NCBI GenBank assembly: GCA_965369655.1
Contig: CBDUQR010000001.1
Span: 78,070 to 142,069, forward strand
Source: an uncultured bacterium
GTDB lineage: Bacteria > Zixibacteria > MSB-5A5 > JAABVY01 > JAHJOQ01
Length of the DNA stretch: 64,000 bases
Reading direction: 5' to 3'
Shown: one piece after another, positions 8,358-19,900 of the stretch
Layout of the letters: each line of letters begins with the position of its first letter
Numbering within the stretch: position 1 is the first letter of the stretch
Notes under the pieces: model-generated
Databases searched by the model: none
Seen by the model: only the letters and a program-made list of their open reading frames with translations
Told to the model about the DNA's origin: nothing
Program-made: the position numbers and the translations under genes

Positions 8358-9476
8358 TCACTTCCTCGCTTTCCACATCAGCAACAGCCCGACTACAAAA
8401 AAGACAGTGTTGACGCCCCATGCTGCGATGATCGGCGGGATCGTGCCTTCGGCGCCGAGTCTCTGTCCGACCTCGAAGAGTAAAATGTAACAGAACGCAA
8501 TGCCCGCCGAAAATGAGAACCCAATCGCGACAGATCCGCGTCGTTTGTCGGATGCAAGCGGTACAGCAAGCAGCACTATGATAAAGCTTGCCAGCGGCAA
8601 CGAAAACTTGATGTGGTAGAAGACTTCCTCGCGCGTGGTTTCGACCGCCGCTTTGCGACGATAGTCGATCGTCCTTGCGAGTTCCGCAACCGACATGTCG
8701 AAACCGAGGTTTCTGCCAGAAGCTTTGCTGATCACTTCGGAATGCTCGAACCTCTCGGGCGGTTCGGATATATCCGTCAGATAGAGTGTATCGAACTCGG
8801 TGACAACTTCGGCACCGGCACCCTCGCCATCGGATGAAAACTGACGCAGCACGCCATCCATCGCAACCCAGATCGTGTCCTCCCATCGCATTATCTCGCA
8901 GTCGAGTTTGCTCGACAGCCGATTCTCGGAGACGGTGAATATCTCGACGCGTTTCGCGGTATTCGTCGGCGGATGATAGTTACCCAGCTTGAATATCCTC
9001 CCCTGTTCGCCGAGATACAGCAGCCCGTGCACATTCTCTTTGCCGTAGTTCGGGTTCTTCTCGATCTCACCGTACCTGATCTGCATCTTTCGCCTGTTTG
9101 CTTCCGGGACGATCCTGTCGGAGAAGAAGAACATCGCTACGCTGATCAACAGCCCCCCAAGCAGCAGCGGCCTGGCGACACGATACAGGCTGACCCCGGA
9201 AGAACTGGTTGCCAGAAGCTCGTTTCGCCGCGCCATAAGCCCGACCGTGAACATCGAGCCGAGCAACACAGCAACCGGCGTTACCTGCACGATTATGAAC
9301 GGAAAATAGTAAACGTAGTAGCGGATTACGGTCCCAAACGGCGCCTCGTTGTCGATGTAGTCGTCGAGATGTTCTACCACATCGACTATCAGGTAGATGA
9401 GCAGGAACACGAATATCGAAATCAGGGCGGCCTTGAGAAACGACTTGAGCATGTATCTGTCGAGGACTTTGAACAT
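8358..9476 (-). CDS. LptF/LptG (YjgP/YjgQ) family LPS export permease
   Basis: MFKVLDRYMLKSFLKAALISIFVFLLIYLIVDVVEHLDDYI is the canonical LptF/G N-terminus. The start is placed at this Met, which overlaps the upstream stop in a TGATG junction. The track ORF extends to 9587. Confidence 0.75.
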   Translation of the reverse strand: MFKVLDRYMLKSFLKAALISIFVFLLIYLIVDVVEHLDDYIDNEAPFGTVIRYYVYYFPFIIVQVTPVAVLLGSMFTVGLMARRNELLATSSSGVSLYRVARPLLLGGLLISVAMFFFSDRIVPEANRRKMQIRYGEIEKNPNYGKENVHGLLYLGEQGRIFKLGNYHPPTNTAKRVEIFTVSENRLSSKLDCEIMRWEDTIWVAMDGVLRQFSSDGEGAGAEVVTEFDTLYLTDISEPPERFEHSEVISKASGRNLGFDMSVAELARTIDYRRKAAVETTREEVFYHIKFSLPLASFIIVLLAVPLASDKRRGSVAIGFSFSAGIAFCYILLFEVGQRLGAEGTIPPIIAAWGVNTVFFVVGLLLMWKARK

Positions 9477-10855
9477 CAGCGCGTCCTGCGGACCAATTTG
9501 ATAAGTTCCGCGATAAACTTCTTCTCCGTCATAACCTTGAACAGCAAAATCACCCCGGCAATCCCCAGAAGGATATTCGCGGACCACATGGCGATTTCAG
9601 GCGAGACAAACCCGCGATCGGAGAGCTCCTCGCCGCCGATCAGAAACGCCCAGTAGACGATAAATAGCGCTATTGATATGCCGATAGAGATCGCCATGCC
9701 GCCTCGTCTCGCAAGAATCCCGAGCGGTGCGCCGACCAGCACGAACACGAAGCAGGCGGCAGGCAGTGAATACTTCTTGTGTACTTCAAGGAGGTACTTA
9801 TTGATTAACTCCTGAGTATGGCTCATGCTTTTGACAGACTGCCGCAGGTCTCGTTCGATGTCGACAGCTCTCTGGAATGCGAGCATCACCGCCTTCCGAT
9901 AGAACATTTTCCCAGCGTCGGCATGATCGACAGTAACGCCGTCGAGCAGCCTGCGGTTCTCGTTCTCGATTCGCCTCCAGGCTGTCACGCGCGCATTGTC
10001 CATCCTGTTGCGCCATTTGCGAATCTCGGCGAGCATATCCTCGGATGATCTCTCCCTGTCTCCCCTGTACGACGATGACGATGTCTTCTTGAGAGATCGA
10101 CTGACATCTCTGATATTGAATGTCTGCTTTTCGAATTTGACCCACTGCCATTTGTTGGGTGAATCGGGCACCGGTTCATGTATCTCGCCGTCCTCGAGTT
10201 CGAAGCTGAGAACAGCGCCGCCGTCAAGATACTTTAGCCTGCCGCGCTCTGCCAGAATAGTGCGCGGGTTCTTTGAATCCTTCTGATCGAAAATGGTTAC
10301 GTCTTTTATGCGAGACGTCTTGTGGTCGATGTCCCTTATCAGGATCACGTACCCGGGTATATCGTTCAGAAAGATATTGCTTCTAATCGACAGGGTCGGC
10401 CGCGTCACGCGTATATCGCCCATCAGCACTCTTGCCTCATGGTTGGCGTCCGGCAGGACTTCATTGTTGAACCAGACCATGAATGCCGCGAGAAACATGC
10501 TTGCAATGAGGACGGGCCGTATCAGTGATATGACATGAATGCCAGAGCTTTTCATCGCAAGGATTTCAAAATCGGACGTCATTCTTCCAAACGCCATCAA
10601 CGTGGCGACAAGCGTAGACATCGGAACCGACAGGGCGAGCATCCAGGCGAGATTGAGGACAAAAACCCAGAGTATAGTGAGAACATCGAGGTCCTTGCCT
10701 ATCGCCATCTCTATCACGTTCGGAACGAAATCGAGAATCAGAACGAATGTCACCACGAAGAACGCAAAAAAGAACGGACCCAGATGTTCTTTGAGGATAT
10801 ATCTGGACAGTATGCGCATTTCGGCCAAGTTATTCATGTTGCGTTTATTATACAA
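9476..10855 (-). CDS. LptF/LptG family LPS export permease (paralogous partner)
   Basis: MRILSRYILKEHLGPFFFAFFVVTFVLILDFV with six TM segments. The true start may be the internal Met at 10816. Confidence 0.75.
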   Translation of the reverse strand: MYNKRNMNNLAEMRILSRYILKEHLGPFFFAFFVVTFVLILDFVPNVIEMAIGKDLDVLTILWVFVLNLAWMLALSVPMSTLVATLMAFGRMTSDFEILAMKSSGIHVISLIRPVLIASMFLAAFMVWFNNEVLPDANHEARVLMGDIRVTRPTLSIRSNIFLNDIPGYVILIRDIDHKTSRIKDVTIFDQKDSKNPRTILAERGRLKYLDGGAVLSFELEDGEIHEPVPDSPNKWQWVKFEKQTFNIRDVSRSLKKTSSSSYRGDRERSSEDMLAEIRKWRNRMDNARVTAWRRIENENRRLLDGVTVDHADAGKMFYRKAVMLAFQRAVDIERDLRQSVKSMSHTQELINKYLLEVHKKYSLPAACFVFVLVGAPLGILARRGGMAISIGISIALFIVYWAFLIGGEELSDRGFVSPEIAMWSANILLGIAGVILLFKVMTEKKFIAELIKLVRRTR

Positions 10856-10911
10856 GTATTTTCCTTGCAGGGTCTTCCGCGCGATTATATCTTGTGACAG
10901 AGGTATATGTG

Positions 10912-11832
10912 ATGATTTCAGATTTCGTACAAGGGGACACAGTCACAGAGTTTTTCGCGCTTGCATCGGTGCAGTTGCGGCAGTACGATCAGGGTGAAAT
11001 GCTGCGGCTGGAGTTCACCGACGCTTCCGGCAGGATCGATGGCATAGCCTGGGACAACGCATCCAATACATACAGCCGGATCAAGAACGCCGATATTGTC
11101 AAGGTTCAGGCTCTGGTATCGACGTACCGTGACAAACTGCAACTAAAAGTCAACAGGATTCGTGAGGCGGAAGATGGAGAATACGATATCGAGAAGCTGC
11201 TGCGGGTTGTCGATGGTGGTCTGGACAGACAGAGAGAGTTCTTTGACACGATCTTCGCGACAATATCAGACGAATATCTGTCTGAACTCCTGCGCAAAAT
11301 CAGGCATGACGATGATCTTTTCGGGAAATACCTGAGAGCTCCCGCCGGGAAGCGATTTCATCATGATTATATCGGCGGTCTAGCCGAGCACTCTCTCTCT
11401 ATGGCGAATCTCGCCTCAAGATGCTGCGAGCATTATCCCGAACTGAATCGTGACCTGACCGTCTGCGGAGCAATTCTCCACGATATCGGCAAGGTGCAGG
11501 AACTGGCGGGCGGAACAAGGCTGGAATATACCGACAAGGGGAAACTGATCGGGCACATCACGCTTGGCGACAGGATCGTCGCGGACATTATCGCAACAAT
11601 CCCGGACTTTCCCGAAAAGCTGGAGACCAAGCTGCGCCATTTGATGCTCTCGCATCATGGCGAACGACAGTTCGGCTCACCTGTTGTCCCGATGACAAGA
11701 GAGGCGTATGTGCTCCACTATGTTGACAGGCTCGACAGCGGTTTGAATGTTTTCTCGCACTATGAGTCAAACCATGTCGACGATTGGTCCAACTATGTCA
11801 ACCTGTGGGAAAGATTTCTCTACTTCGGGTAG
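10912..11832 (+). CDS. OB-fold plus HD-domain protein (YhaM-like 3'-5' exoribonuclease family)
   Basis: The N-terminal OB-fold region is followed by HHDYIGGLAEHSLSMA...ILHDIGK...LSHHGE, an HD-domain metal-binding pattern. The start at 10912 (MISDF) has AGAGG 10 nt upstream. Confidence 0.6.
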   Translation: MISDFVQGDTVTEFFALASVQLRQYDQGEMLRLEFTDASGRIDGIAWDNASNTYSRIKNADIVKVQALVSTYRDKLQLKVNRIREAEDGEYDIEKLLRVVDGGLDRQREFFDTIFATISDEYLSELLRKIRHDDDLFGKYLRAPAGKRFHHDYIGGLAEHSLSMANLASRCCEHYPELNRDLTVCGAILHDIGKVQELAGGTRLEYTDKGKLIGHITLGDRIVADIIATIPDFPEKLETKLRHLMLSHHGERQFGSPVVPMTREAYVLHYVDRLDSGLNVFSHYESNHVDDWSNYVNLWERFLYFG

Positions 11833-12936
<1,104 letters not shown>

Positions 12937-12997
12937 GCGACCCCGCGAGACAGTGCCACATTGGCATGTAAATACCGCCACATTTGCATTTTTACTC

Positions 12998-13027
12998 TTG
13001 ACAATTCAGCCTCTCAACACGTAGATT
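12998..13027 (+). promoter_or_regulatory. sigma-70-like promoter (TTGACA, 18-bp spacer, TAGATT) immediately upstream of rnr
   Basis: TTGACA at 12998-13003 and TAGATT at 13022-13027. The GTG start at 13034 is only 7 nt downstream, which implies a leaderless or very short-leader transcript. Confidence 0.35.
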
Positions 13028-13033
13028 CCTGAT

Positions 13034-15199
13034 GTGGCAGTTTCAAGAAGCCGAATCATAGCGTATATCGAGTCAGAGAGTTACCGACCTTTGAGGATTC
13101 GGGAACTCGCCAAAGGGCTCAAAATACCTGAATCCGAGTACCGCACATTTCGACAGCAGATCAAGGATCTGATTGCAGACAGCTCGATCGTGAGGTTGAA
13201 AGGCGGTCGAATCGGCCAACCGAGCAAACTCAATCTCAAGTCGGGCATCCTTCAGGTCAACCGCAAGGGCGTAGGATTCATGGCGCCCGAGGATGGCTCT
13301 GAGGATATATTCATCCCCGCCGACGAGATGTCGACCGGACTCGACAAAGACCGCGTCCTGGTTCGTGTGAAACCGGGCAGGCGCGGACGACTCCGCGAAG
13401 GCGCAATCCTGAAAGTGCTCAAACGCGAGAGGAACACGATAGTCGGTACTTTCCATCGAACCAGACATTTCATGTCGGTCGAACCTGACGACGAGAGGAT
13501 CGGGCGGGACATCTATGTTCATGACTGTGGCGATCTTCGCGTGGAAAATGGGCAGAAAGTTGTCATCGCGCTCTCGGAGTGGAAAAACCCGAATATGAAC
13601 CCGCAGGGGAAAATAATCGAGATACTCGGATACCCAGACGATCCGGGCGTCGATATCCTTTCGACAATCAGGAAGTTCAGTCTTCCCACAGAGTTTCCGG
13701 AGGCGGTCGAGAAAGAATCGACGGGCCTGAAACTCGATATTTCTCCCGCCGCTCTCGAAGGCAGGCTCGATCTCAGGGACAAGATAACTCTAACGATAGA
13801 TCCTGCGGATGCAAAGGACTATGACGACGCCGTATCTCTCGAGATTCTGGACAACGGGAACTACATGCTTGGGGTCCACATCGCCGATGTCGCGCACTAT
13901 GTTCTTGAGGGGACCTCGCTCGACACGGAGGCGAGAGAAAGGGCAACATCTGTCTATCTTGTCGACAGGGTTCTGCCGATGCTGCCGGAGCGGCTCTCCA
14001 ATGATATATGCAGTCTTCGAGAGAACGAGGATCGCCTGACCTACTCCTGCCTCATGGAAGTTACAAAGAGCGGTGACGTCAAGAAGACCCGGATTGTCCA
14101 GTCGGTGATCTGCTCACGGGCGAGACTGTCGTATGATGACGTGCAGGAGTATTTCGACGATGGCAATCAGACGGACAAACTGAGCGGACTGACACAATCT
14201 CTCGATCTGATGCAGAAGCTGGCGAAAATACTGAGGAAAAGGCGTCTCGAAATGGGCAGCCTTGATTTCGATCTGCCGGAGCCGAGAGTGGTCCTTGATA
14301 CATCGGGCGACGTCGTAGATATCAGACCGCGTCCCAGAAAGGAAAGCCACAAGTTAGTCGAGGAATTCATGCTGCTGGCGAACCGAGCCGTGGCAGAGCA
14401 GTTCATGAGGCTTGGACTTCCCATACTGTACAGGGTACACGAGGCTCCCGACCCGGACAGACTGGACGCATACCGCGAATTTGCGAGGGGCTTCGGCTGG
14501 GAACTCAAGATAACCAATCCGCCAAAACCGATTCAACTGGCTCGATTCCTGAAAAAGATCGAAGGCTCTGACGCCGAGAGCATACTCAACGAGATGCTGC
14601 TCAGATCTCTGAAGAAAGCGTGCTATCAACCCGACAATATCGGTCATTTCGGACTCGCGTTCAGCCATTATCTCCATTTCACATCACCGATACGAAGATA
14701 CCCTGACCTGCTTGTCCATCGACTGCTCAAAGAGATCAGGAACAGGCGCTATCCGGGAAAGCTGATGCCTTCGATAAAGAGACTGCTCAAACAGGTCGGC
14801 GAGCATTCATCGATGAGGGAAAAACTCGCTGAGGAAGCCGAACGCGAAACGGTGCGCATTAAACAGGCGATATACCTGTCGAAACATGTTGGCGATGTAT
14901 TCGAGGGGGTGGTCTCCGGGATCATGTCGTTCGGATTCTTTGTCAGGCTGAAGAAATTCTCTGCCGAGGGCATGGTGCGACTCTCGACGCTCGGCGACGA
15001 CTACTATCAGGTAGACGACAACAGGCTTTCGATAACCGGCAGCCACACCGGAAAAGCTTTTTCACTCGGTGACAGAGTCTTTGTCCAGATCATCAATGTC
15101 GACCTCGACCACTATCAGATAAATCTGTCTATTGTCAGCGATGACTCTCCGAAAAAACCCCGCAGGAGAAAAAACTCTATAGGAAAAAGGAAGAAATGA
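13034..15199 (+). CDS. rnr: ribonuclease R (RNB family 3'-5' exoribonuclease with S1 domain and basic tail)
   Basis: N-terminal winged-helix region, central RNB domain (DPADAKDYDDAVSLE...), C-terminal S1 domain (GDVFEGVVSGIMSFGFFVRL) and a KKPRRRKNSIGKRKK tail. The start is a GTG. Confidence 0.85.
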   Translation: MAVSRSRIIAYIESESYRPLRIRELAKGLKIPESEYRTFRQQIKDLIADSSIVRLKGGRIGQPSKLNLKSGILQVNRKGVGFMAPEDGSEDIFIPADEMSTGLDKDRVLVRVKPGRRGRLREGAILKVLKRERNTIVGTFHRTRHFMSVEPDDERIGRDIYVHDCGDLRVENGQKVVIALSEWKNPNMNPQGKIIEILGYPDDPGVDILSTIRKFSLPTEFPEAVEKESTGLKLDISPAALEGRLDLRDKITLTIDPADAKDYDDAVSLEILDNGNYMLGVHIADVAHYVLEGTSLDTEARERATSVYLVDRVLPMLPERLSNDICSLRENEDRLTYSCLMEVTKSGDVKKTRIVQSVICSRARLSYDDVQEYFDDGNQTDKLSGLTQSLDLMQKLAKILRKRRLEMGSLDFDLPEPRVVLDTSGDVVDIRPRPRKESHKLVEEFMLLANRAVAEQFMRLGLPILYRVHEAPDPDRLDAYREFARGFGWELKITNPPKPIQLARFLKKIEGSDAESILNEMLLRSLKKACYQPDNIGHFGLAFSHYLHFTSPIRRYPDLLVHRLLKEIRNRRYPGKLMPSIKRLLKQVGEHSSMREKLAEEAERETVRIKQAIYLSKHVGDVFEGVVSGIMSFGFFVRLKKFSAEGMVRLSTLGDDYYQVDDNRLSITGSHTGKAFSLGDRVFVQIINVDLDHYQINLSIVSDDSPKKPRRRKNSIGKRKK

Positions 15200-16659
15200 C
15201 GCGGAAGGTCTCCATAGTCACGCCATCCGAAATAATTGGTGAGAAAATCAGCATAGCAGCCGCAGCGAATGGCGTCGAGGTGACGCTCTTTTCATCGTCG
15301 TCCGAATACCTCGCATCACCGTGGTCGACAGCGCAGAGTTTCACACTGATCGATTTCTCCGGCTGCGAATCCGACCTTGCTCCGCTGCTGCGAACAATCC
15401 TAAAGCAGCATTTTCGGACGCCTGTCTATCTTTTCAATGTCCCTCCCGATTACTCGATGCCCGACTCGATGAAGTTAGCAATCTCGGGCAGTTTCGAGTC
15501 TGGCCGATCAGCCGAGCAGATTCTGTCTCTGCTCTCGGATCACGACAGATTACTGGGAATCCTCGATTCGGAGGGCATTTGTGGCCACTCCGCACAGCTT
15601 ATCGAGGCTGCTCAGACAATGGAGCAGGTCGCTGCCAGCGATGCTACTGTGCTGATCGGCGGCGAGAGCGGAACAGGCAAAGAAATGTTCGCGCGGGCGA
15701 TTCACTCTTTGAGCGCGAGGAAATCGAAGCCGTTTATTCCGGTCAACTGTGGCGCGATCGCCGAGGGTCTGATCGAAAGCGAACTGTTCGGTCACGAGAA
15801 GGGATCATTTACGGGCGCGAGTTCGTTGCGCAGGGGATACTTCGAGACTGCCGACGGCGGAACGCTTTTCCTCGACGAAATCGGTGAGATAAAACCTGAT
15901 GTTCAGGTACGGCTTCTTCGTGTTCTTGATCAGCGAAGCTTCATGCGCGTCGGCGGAACCGAGCAGATATCTGTCGATATTCGCCTAATCGCAGCATCGA
16001 ACAAAGACTTGAGACTCCTGACGGATGAAGGTCGGTTCCGCGAGGATTTGTATTACAGGCTGTCAGTAGTGTCGCTCATGACGACTCCACTCCGCGAGCG
16101 TCCGGTTGACATAATGCCGCTCGTAATGAAATTCCTTGCTGACAGGGGCAGGGAGGATTTTACCGTCGAGCCGGATGCAGTCGAACTTCTGTTGCGGTAT
16201 AGCTGGCCCGGCAATGTGAGAGAACTGAGGAATTTCGTCGAGTCGACACTCGTGACACTCCACGACAATCGGATATCAGCTTCGGCGGTATCACGATTCG
16301 TAGGTGCGCAGACGCGATCGAACAGGCAGCTTCCGGTAGCTACCGGCCGTTCGCGACAGGATGCGGATTTTCAGTTGATCTATCAGGCACTCCTGAATCT
16401 CGCGCAGGAAGTGGCGGGGTTGAGGAATGTGATCCTCGGCAGAATCGAGACGGAAGACGCGCGGGAATCGGATGCGGGTCTGTCCGATGCTTCAGAGGTT
16501 CCGTCACAATCCATCGTCGGGTCGCTTCAGGAGATGGAGCGGGAGATGATCGAGAAGACGCTGAGTCAGGTCAGCGGCAACAGGAGAAAAGCCGCAGAAC
16601 TGCTCGGTATCGGGCAGAGGACACTGTATCGCAAAATCAAGGAATATGACTTGAGATAG
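15196..16659 (+). CDS. sigma-54-dependent transcriptional activator (AAA+ plus Fis-type HTH) with an atypical N-terminal domain
   Basis: VLIGGESGTGKEMFARAIH...ESELFGHEKGSFTGA (Walker A and GAFTGA motifs) and a C-terminal NRRKAAELLGIGQRTLYRKIKEY HTH. The N-terminal 130 aa are only weakly receiver-like. Confidence 0.85.
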   Translation: MTRKVSIVTPSEIIGEKISIAAAANGVEVTLFSSSSEYLASPWSTAQSFTLIDFSGCESDLAPLLRTILKQHFRTPVYLFNVPPDYSMPDSMKLAISGSFESGRSAEQILSLLSDHDRLLGILDSEGICGHSAQLIEAAQTMEQVAASDATVLIGGESGTGKEMFARAIHSLSARKSKPFIPVNCGAIAEGLIESELFGHEKGSFTGASSLRRGYFETADGGTLFLDEIGEIKPDVQVRLLRVLDQRSFMRVGGTEQISVDIRLIAASNKDLRLLTDEGRFREDLYYRLSVVSLMTTPLRERPVDIMPLVMKFLADRGREDFTVEPDAVELLLRYSWPGNVRELRNFVESTLVTLHDNRISASAVSRFVGAQTRSNRQLPVATGRSRQDADFQLIYQALLNLAQEVAGLRNVILGRIETEDARESDAGLSDASEVPSQSIVGSLQEMEREMIEKTLSQVSGNRRKAAELLGIGQRTLYRKIKEYDLR

Positions 16660-16678
16660 ATGAAGAGGTGCGTCCGAC

Positions 16679-18238
16679 ATGAGGACCATAAGGGTCTGCC
16701 AGTGCATATTGATCGCGGTGATCTTAGTGGCATTGCCGCAGGATCGGCTCCATGGTCAGCTCTTAACGGAATACGTCTTCCCGGATTATGAAACGCTCGA
16801 ATGGTTGTACGAATCGGGGCAAATCGATCAGGATGAGTTCGACAGGTGGAGTGAGCTTTTCCTGGATTCGTTGCCTCACTCAATCGATAGTCTCGATTCG
16901 GCGCTCATCGGGGAAACGCCGCCTATCGTCACCCGATCCAGACCCACCGCGTACAGAGTCGATTACAAAGCATACCAGAGAGCAGACGAGTCTGACCCAT
17001 ACTGGCATCTGATACGAATTCAGTCGAGAAAGAACCCTGGCATCTACGGCGATCTGACCGCCGAGAAACTGAGTGACGGCAGCTTTGCACTCAGGAATCG
17101 CATGATCGGCTGGTCGGACGGTTCATTGACGATTGAGTTGGGCGGTGTCGATCTGGTCTGGTGCGGAGGGCTTGTAGCCGGAAGGCATCCTATACTGTTG
17201 AAAAAAGGCGACAGATCGAGGACCGCACTCTATCCCTTGAAATCAAGATTTAACGGGCTGCTCGTACAAACTGCGCACGGGAATCTGACGGTCGCCACAC
17301 TCGCATCCTACGATCAGGGAGATCAATTTTCATCGTCTGCCTTTGGCGGAGATATTACATATAGCATTGGAAAGAGTATTATCGAGGCTTCCATTCTAAG
17401 TGGAAGAATCAGGAATATCGATGATGGTCGTATCGCAAACATAATCGCATTCGGGACCGGTGCCGGCATCGTGCGCAGGAATTCATTTGCTGCGAGACTG
17501 AACACGTCGTTTGACAGTGATGGCGACGGCGCTTTTCTGGTCAGCCTGTTCTCAGCGAGACGCCAACACTCTGTCCGCGTCTGGCGCTACGACAGAGATT
17601 ACACCAATCCATTTGGAGCCGGAAGAGCTAATCCCGATACGCGCCCAGTGGAACTCGATGAAATCGACCTCGAATACAGGTCACGGTACGCTGACGAAAC
17701 CGGAATCCAGACCAGAAGTCTTCTGCCGTTCTCGACTTATTCAATGCTGGTCGAATCGAACTGGTGGAGATCGGGAGTCACCGAGAAATACCGGGCCAGG
17801 CTCACGCACATATTCAAAGCGAACGACCGCAATCGCCTTAAACTGACTCTCCTATCCGGCGACGATGACCTTGGTCAAACAGGATTCGACATCTACACAG
17901 CGCACCTGCAATACCGCAATACAGGCATATCCGCTGGTGATCTGATGCTCGCGGGAAGGGTCAGGTCGAAAGGCTATGCGGACAGAGACAGGATTTCATA
18001 CTCCGCAGAAAGCAAGTTCGAGACGGGAAGTCCAGGGCATCGATCCGCACTGCTGATCCGCTGGTACGATCCCGACACGCGCAAAGACCGTGACCATTAC
18101 CTGTACGGGTACATCAGGGAATCGTTTGACTTGGATGATCTGATGAGATTCTCCCTGCTCATAAGCTCGCGGTTCGGTCCGGCTCAGAACACGGTCGGAA
18201 GCACCCGGTTGAGACTCGAAACAGTCTGGCGGTTTTAG
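16679..18238 (+). CDS. secreted or outer-membrane hypothetical protein
   Basis: Signal peptide MRTIRVCQCILIAVILVALPQDRLHG. There is no recognisable catalytic motif. It is co-directional and contiguous with the downstream LTD protein. Confidence 0.4.
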   Translation: MRTIRVCQCILIAVILVALPQDRLHGQLLTEYVFPDYETLEWLYESGQIDQDEFDRWSELFLDSLPHSIDSLDSALIGETPPIVTRSRPTAYRVDYKAYQRADESDPYWHLIRIQSRKNPGIYGDLTAEKLSDGSFALRNRMIGWSDGSLTIELGGVDLVWCGGLVAGRHPILLKKGDRSRTALYPLKSRFNGLLVQTAHGNLTVATLASYDQGDQFSSSAFGGDITYSIGKSIIEASILSGRIRNIDDGRIANIIAFGTGAGIVRRNSFAARLNTSFDSDGDGAFLVSLFSARRQHSVRVWRYDRDYTNPFGAGRANPDTRPVELDEIDLEYRSRYADETGIQTRSLLPFSTYSMLVESNWWRSGVTEKYRARLTHIFKANDRNRLKLTLLSGDDDLGQTGFDIYTAHLQYRNTGISAGDLMLAGRVRSKGYADRDRISYSAESKFETGSPGHRSALLIRWYDPDTRKDRDHYLYGYIRESFDLDDLMRFSLLISSRFGPAQNTVGSTRLRLETVWRF

Positions 18239-18241
18239 ATC

Positions 18242-19900
18242 ATGTTCAGGATGCTTATCACATCGCTCTTCATGGTCTCAGCACTGTCCATTTCGACGCA
18301 GGCGAAGCTGCTTCTCAACGAAGTCATGTCTAACGAACCGGGGAGAAATGTGTATCTCGAATGGGTGGAGATATGGAATTTCTCCGACACAGCGGTCAAT
18401 CTCGACAAAACCGCTTTCGAGGATGGTGACAAGTTGACCGATCTGAGCAGTCTCGGAGATGTCGGGGCGGGAGAGTTCGTGATCCTGGCAAGAGATGTCG
18501 TCGAGTTCGAACTGTATTATGGCGATGCGTCGGGAGAGTGGGGCGACGATTCATCTGAAAACTACTCTCTCCTGTCGGCCTCGATGAGTCTTAGAAACGA
18601 CATTGATTCTGTCGCCATTGTCGACTCGGCGGGGGTCGTGATTTCATATTGCAGATGGTCATCGCCGTCACCTGACGGTATTTCGCTGGAAAGAATCGAC
18701 CCGCGTTTCGAGGATGCCGCAGCATCATGGCTCCAGAGCATGGCACCCACAGGTTCGACGCCGGGACGACGGAACTCAGTCACCCCCGGCGACAATGACC
18801 TTCAGTTGGGACTCGACGCAATAGTCACAGGCGAGTTCCGCGATCAGCTTCAGGTGTCGGCCACGGTGAAGAATGTCGGCCTGCAAGTATCCGAGCCGAA
18901 TATGTTCACTGCCGGTCTCGATATGAATTATGACGGTGTTCTCGATAACGATGAGCTTTTCGTTGAGACGCCTGTCGATCCGCTTCAGCCGTTCGATTCC
19001 ATCATAATACAAACGCAGCAGATGCTGATATCCGGCAGGTATACTCTGATGGCAGGATTGCAAGGTGATGACAACACATCGGACAACGACACGACTTTGA
19101 CTGTCAGGTTCGGGCTCGACCCGTCTGAGATTGTCATCAACGAATTCCTTGCGAACCCTGAGAACACGCTCGAATCAGAGTGGATCGAACTGCTGAATGT
19201 CTCGGGTGAGAATCTTAATCTGTTGGGCTGGTATCTTTGCGATGCTGTCTCGTGCGCGGAACTTCCGGACATTCAGATCGGAGCAGGCGAGTATCTCATT
19301 TTGACACAGGACAAGTTGTCTTTCAGCGCGTTCTACTTCGATGTAGACGCTCAGGTGATCGAGATCGACAGCTGGCGACAGTTGAACAACAGCGGCGACA
19401 CGATATTCCTTGTCGATCAATCCGGGCTGATGATCGACTCCGTGATATACCTGAAAACAAACGACGACAATGTGTCGCTTGAGCGAATCGACCCCGGCAG
19501 CGTCGGTTTCGAGTTATCGAACTGGTATCGCTCCACAGCATCTCGCGGATCGACGCCGGGCGAGTCGAACAGCGTGCTCGGCGGCTTTGACACTGAATCA
19601 GTATTCAGCCTCAATCGAAAAATCATATCCCCCGACGGTGACGGCATCGATGATCTGATCGCCATCAGCTACAGACTTCCGAGAGAATCGGTGGTGACAC
19701 TTCGCGTGTTCGACCTGGTGGGCAGAGTTGTGAGAACCATCTTCGACGGCGCGTATCTCGTCTCAGGTGAACATGATTTCGACGGTGTGTCCGATAACGG
19801 TGTGCCTCTCGTTATCGGCATTTACATAATGCTCGCCGAGGTGTCCGGCGATACTGAGTCGACTCACAGGCTCGTATTCGCGGTGGCAGGCAGGAAATGA
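18242..19900 (+). CDS. secreted protein with two lamin-tail domains (LTD) and a T9SS-type C-terminal sorting domain
   Basis: Signal peptide. Two LTD signatures: LLLNEVMSNEPG...YLEWVEIWNFSD and IVINEFLANPEN...SEWIELLNVSG. The C-terminal roughly 90 aa (ISPDGDGIDDLIAISYRLPRESVVTLRVFDLVGRVVRTIFDG...GVSDNGVPLVIGIYIMLAEV) resemble a Por_Secre_tail/FlgD-Ig-like sorting domain. Confidence 0.6.
   Translation: MFRMLITSLFMVSALSISTQAKLLLNEVMSNEPGRNVYLEWVEIWNFSDTAVNLDKTAFEDGDKLTDLSSLGDVGAGEFVILARDVVEFELYYGDASGEWGDDSSENYSLLSASMSLRNDIDSVAIVDSAGVVISYCRWSSPSPDGISLERIDPRFEDAAASWLQSMAPTGSTPGRRNSVTPGDNDLQLGLDAIVTGEFRDQLQVSATVKNVGLQVSEPNMFTAGLDMNYDGVLDNDELFVETPVDPLQPFDSIIIQTQQMLISGRYTLMAGLQGDDNTSDNDTTLTVRFGLDPSEIVINEFLANPENTLESEWIELLNVSGENLNLLGWYLCDAVSCAELPDIQIGAGEYLILTQDKLSFSAFYFDVDAQVIEIDSWRQLNNSGDTIFLVDQSGLMIDSVIYLKTNDDNVSLERIDPGSVGFELSNWYRSTASRGSTPGESNSVLGGFDTESVFSLNRKIISPDGDGIDDLIAISYRLPRESVVTLRVFDLVGRVVRTIFDGAYLVSGEHDFDGVSDNGVPLVIGIYIMLAEVSGDTESTHRLVFAVAGRK

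Noticed and set aside
12958-12996. Possible mreB terminator (tgcca-cat-tggca and atgtaaat...atttgcat followed by ttttt)
   Set aside because: The stems are short or imperfect. There is a T-tract, but the hairpin is weak, so it is not listed as a confident terminator.
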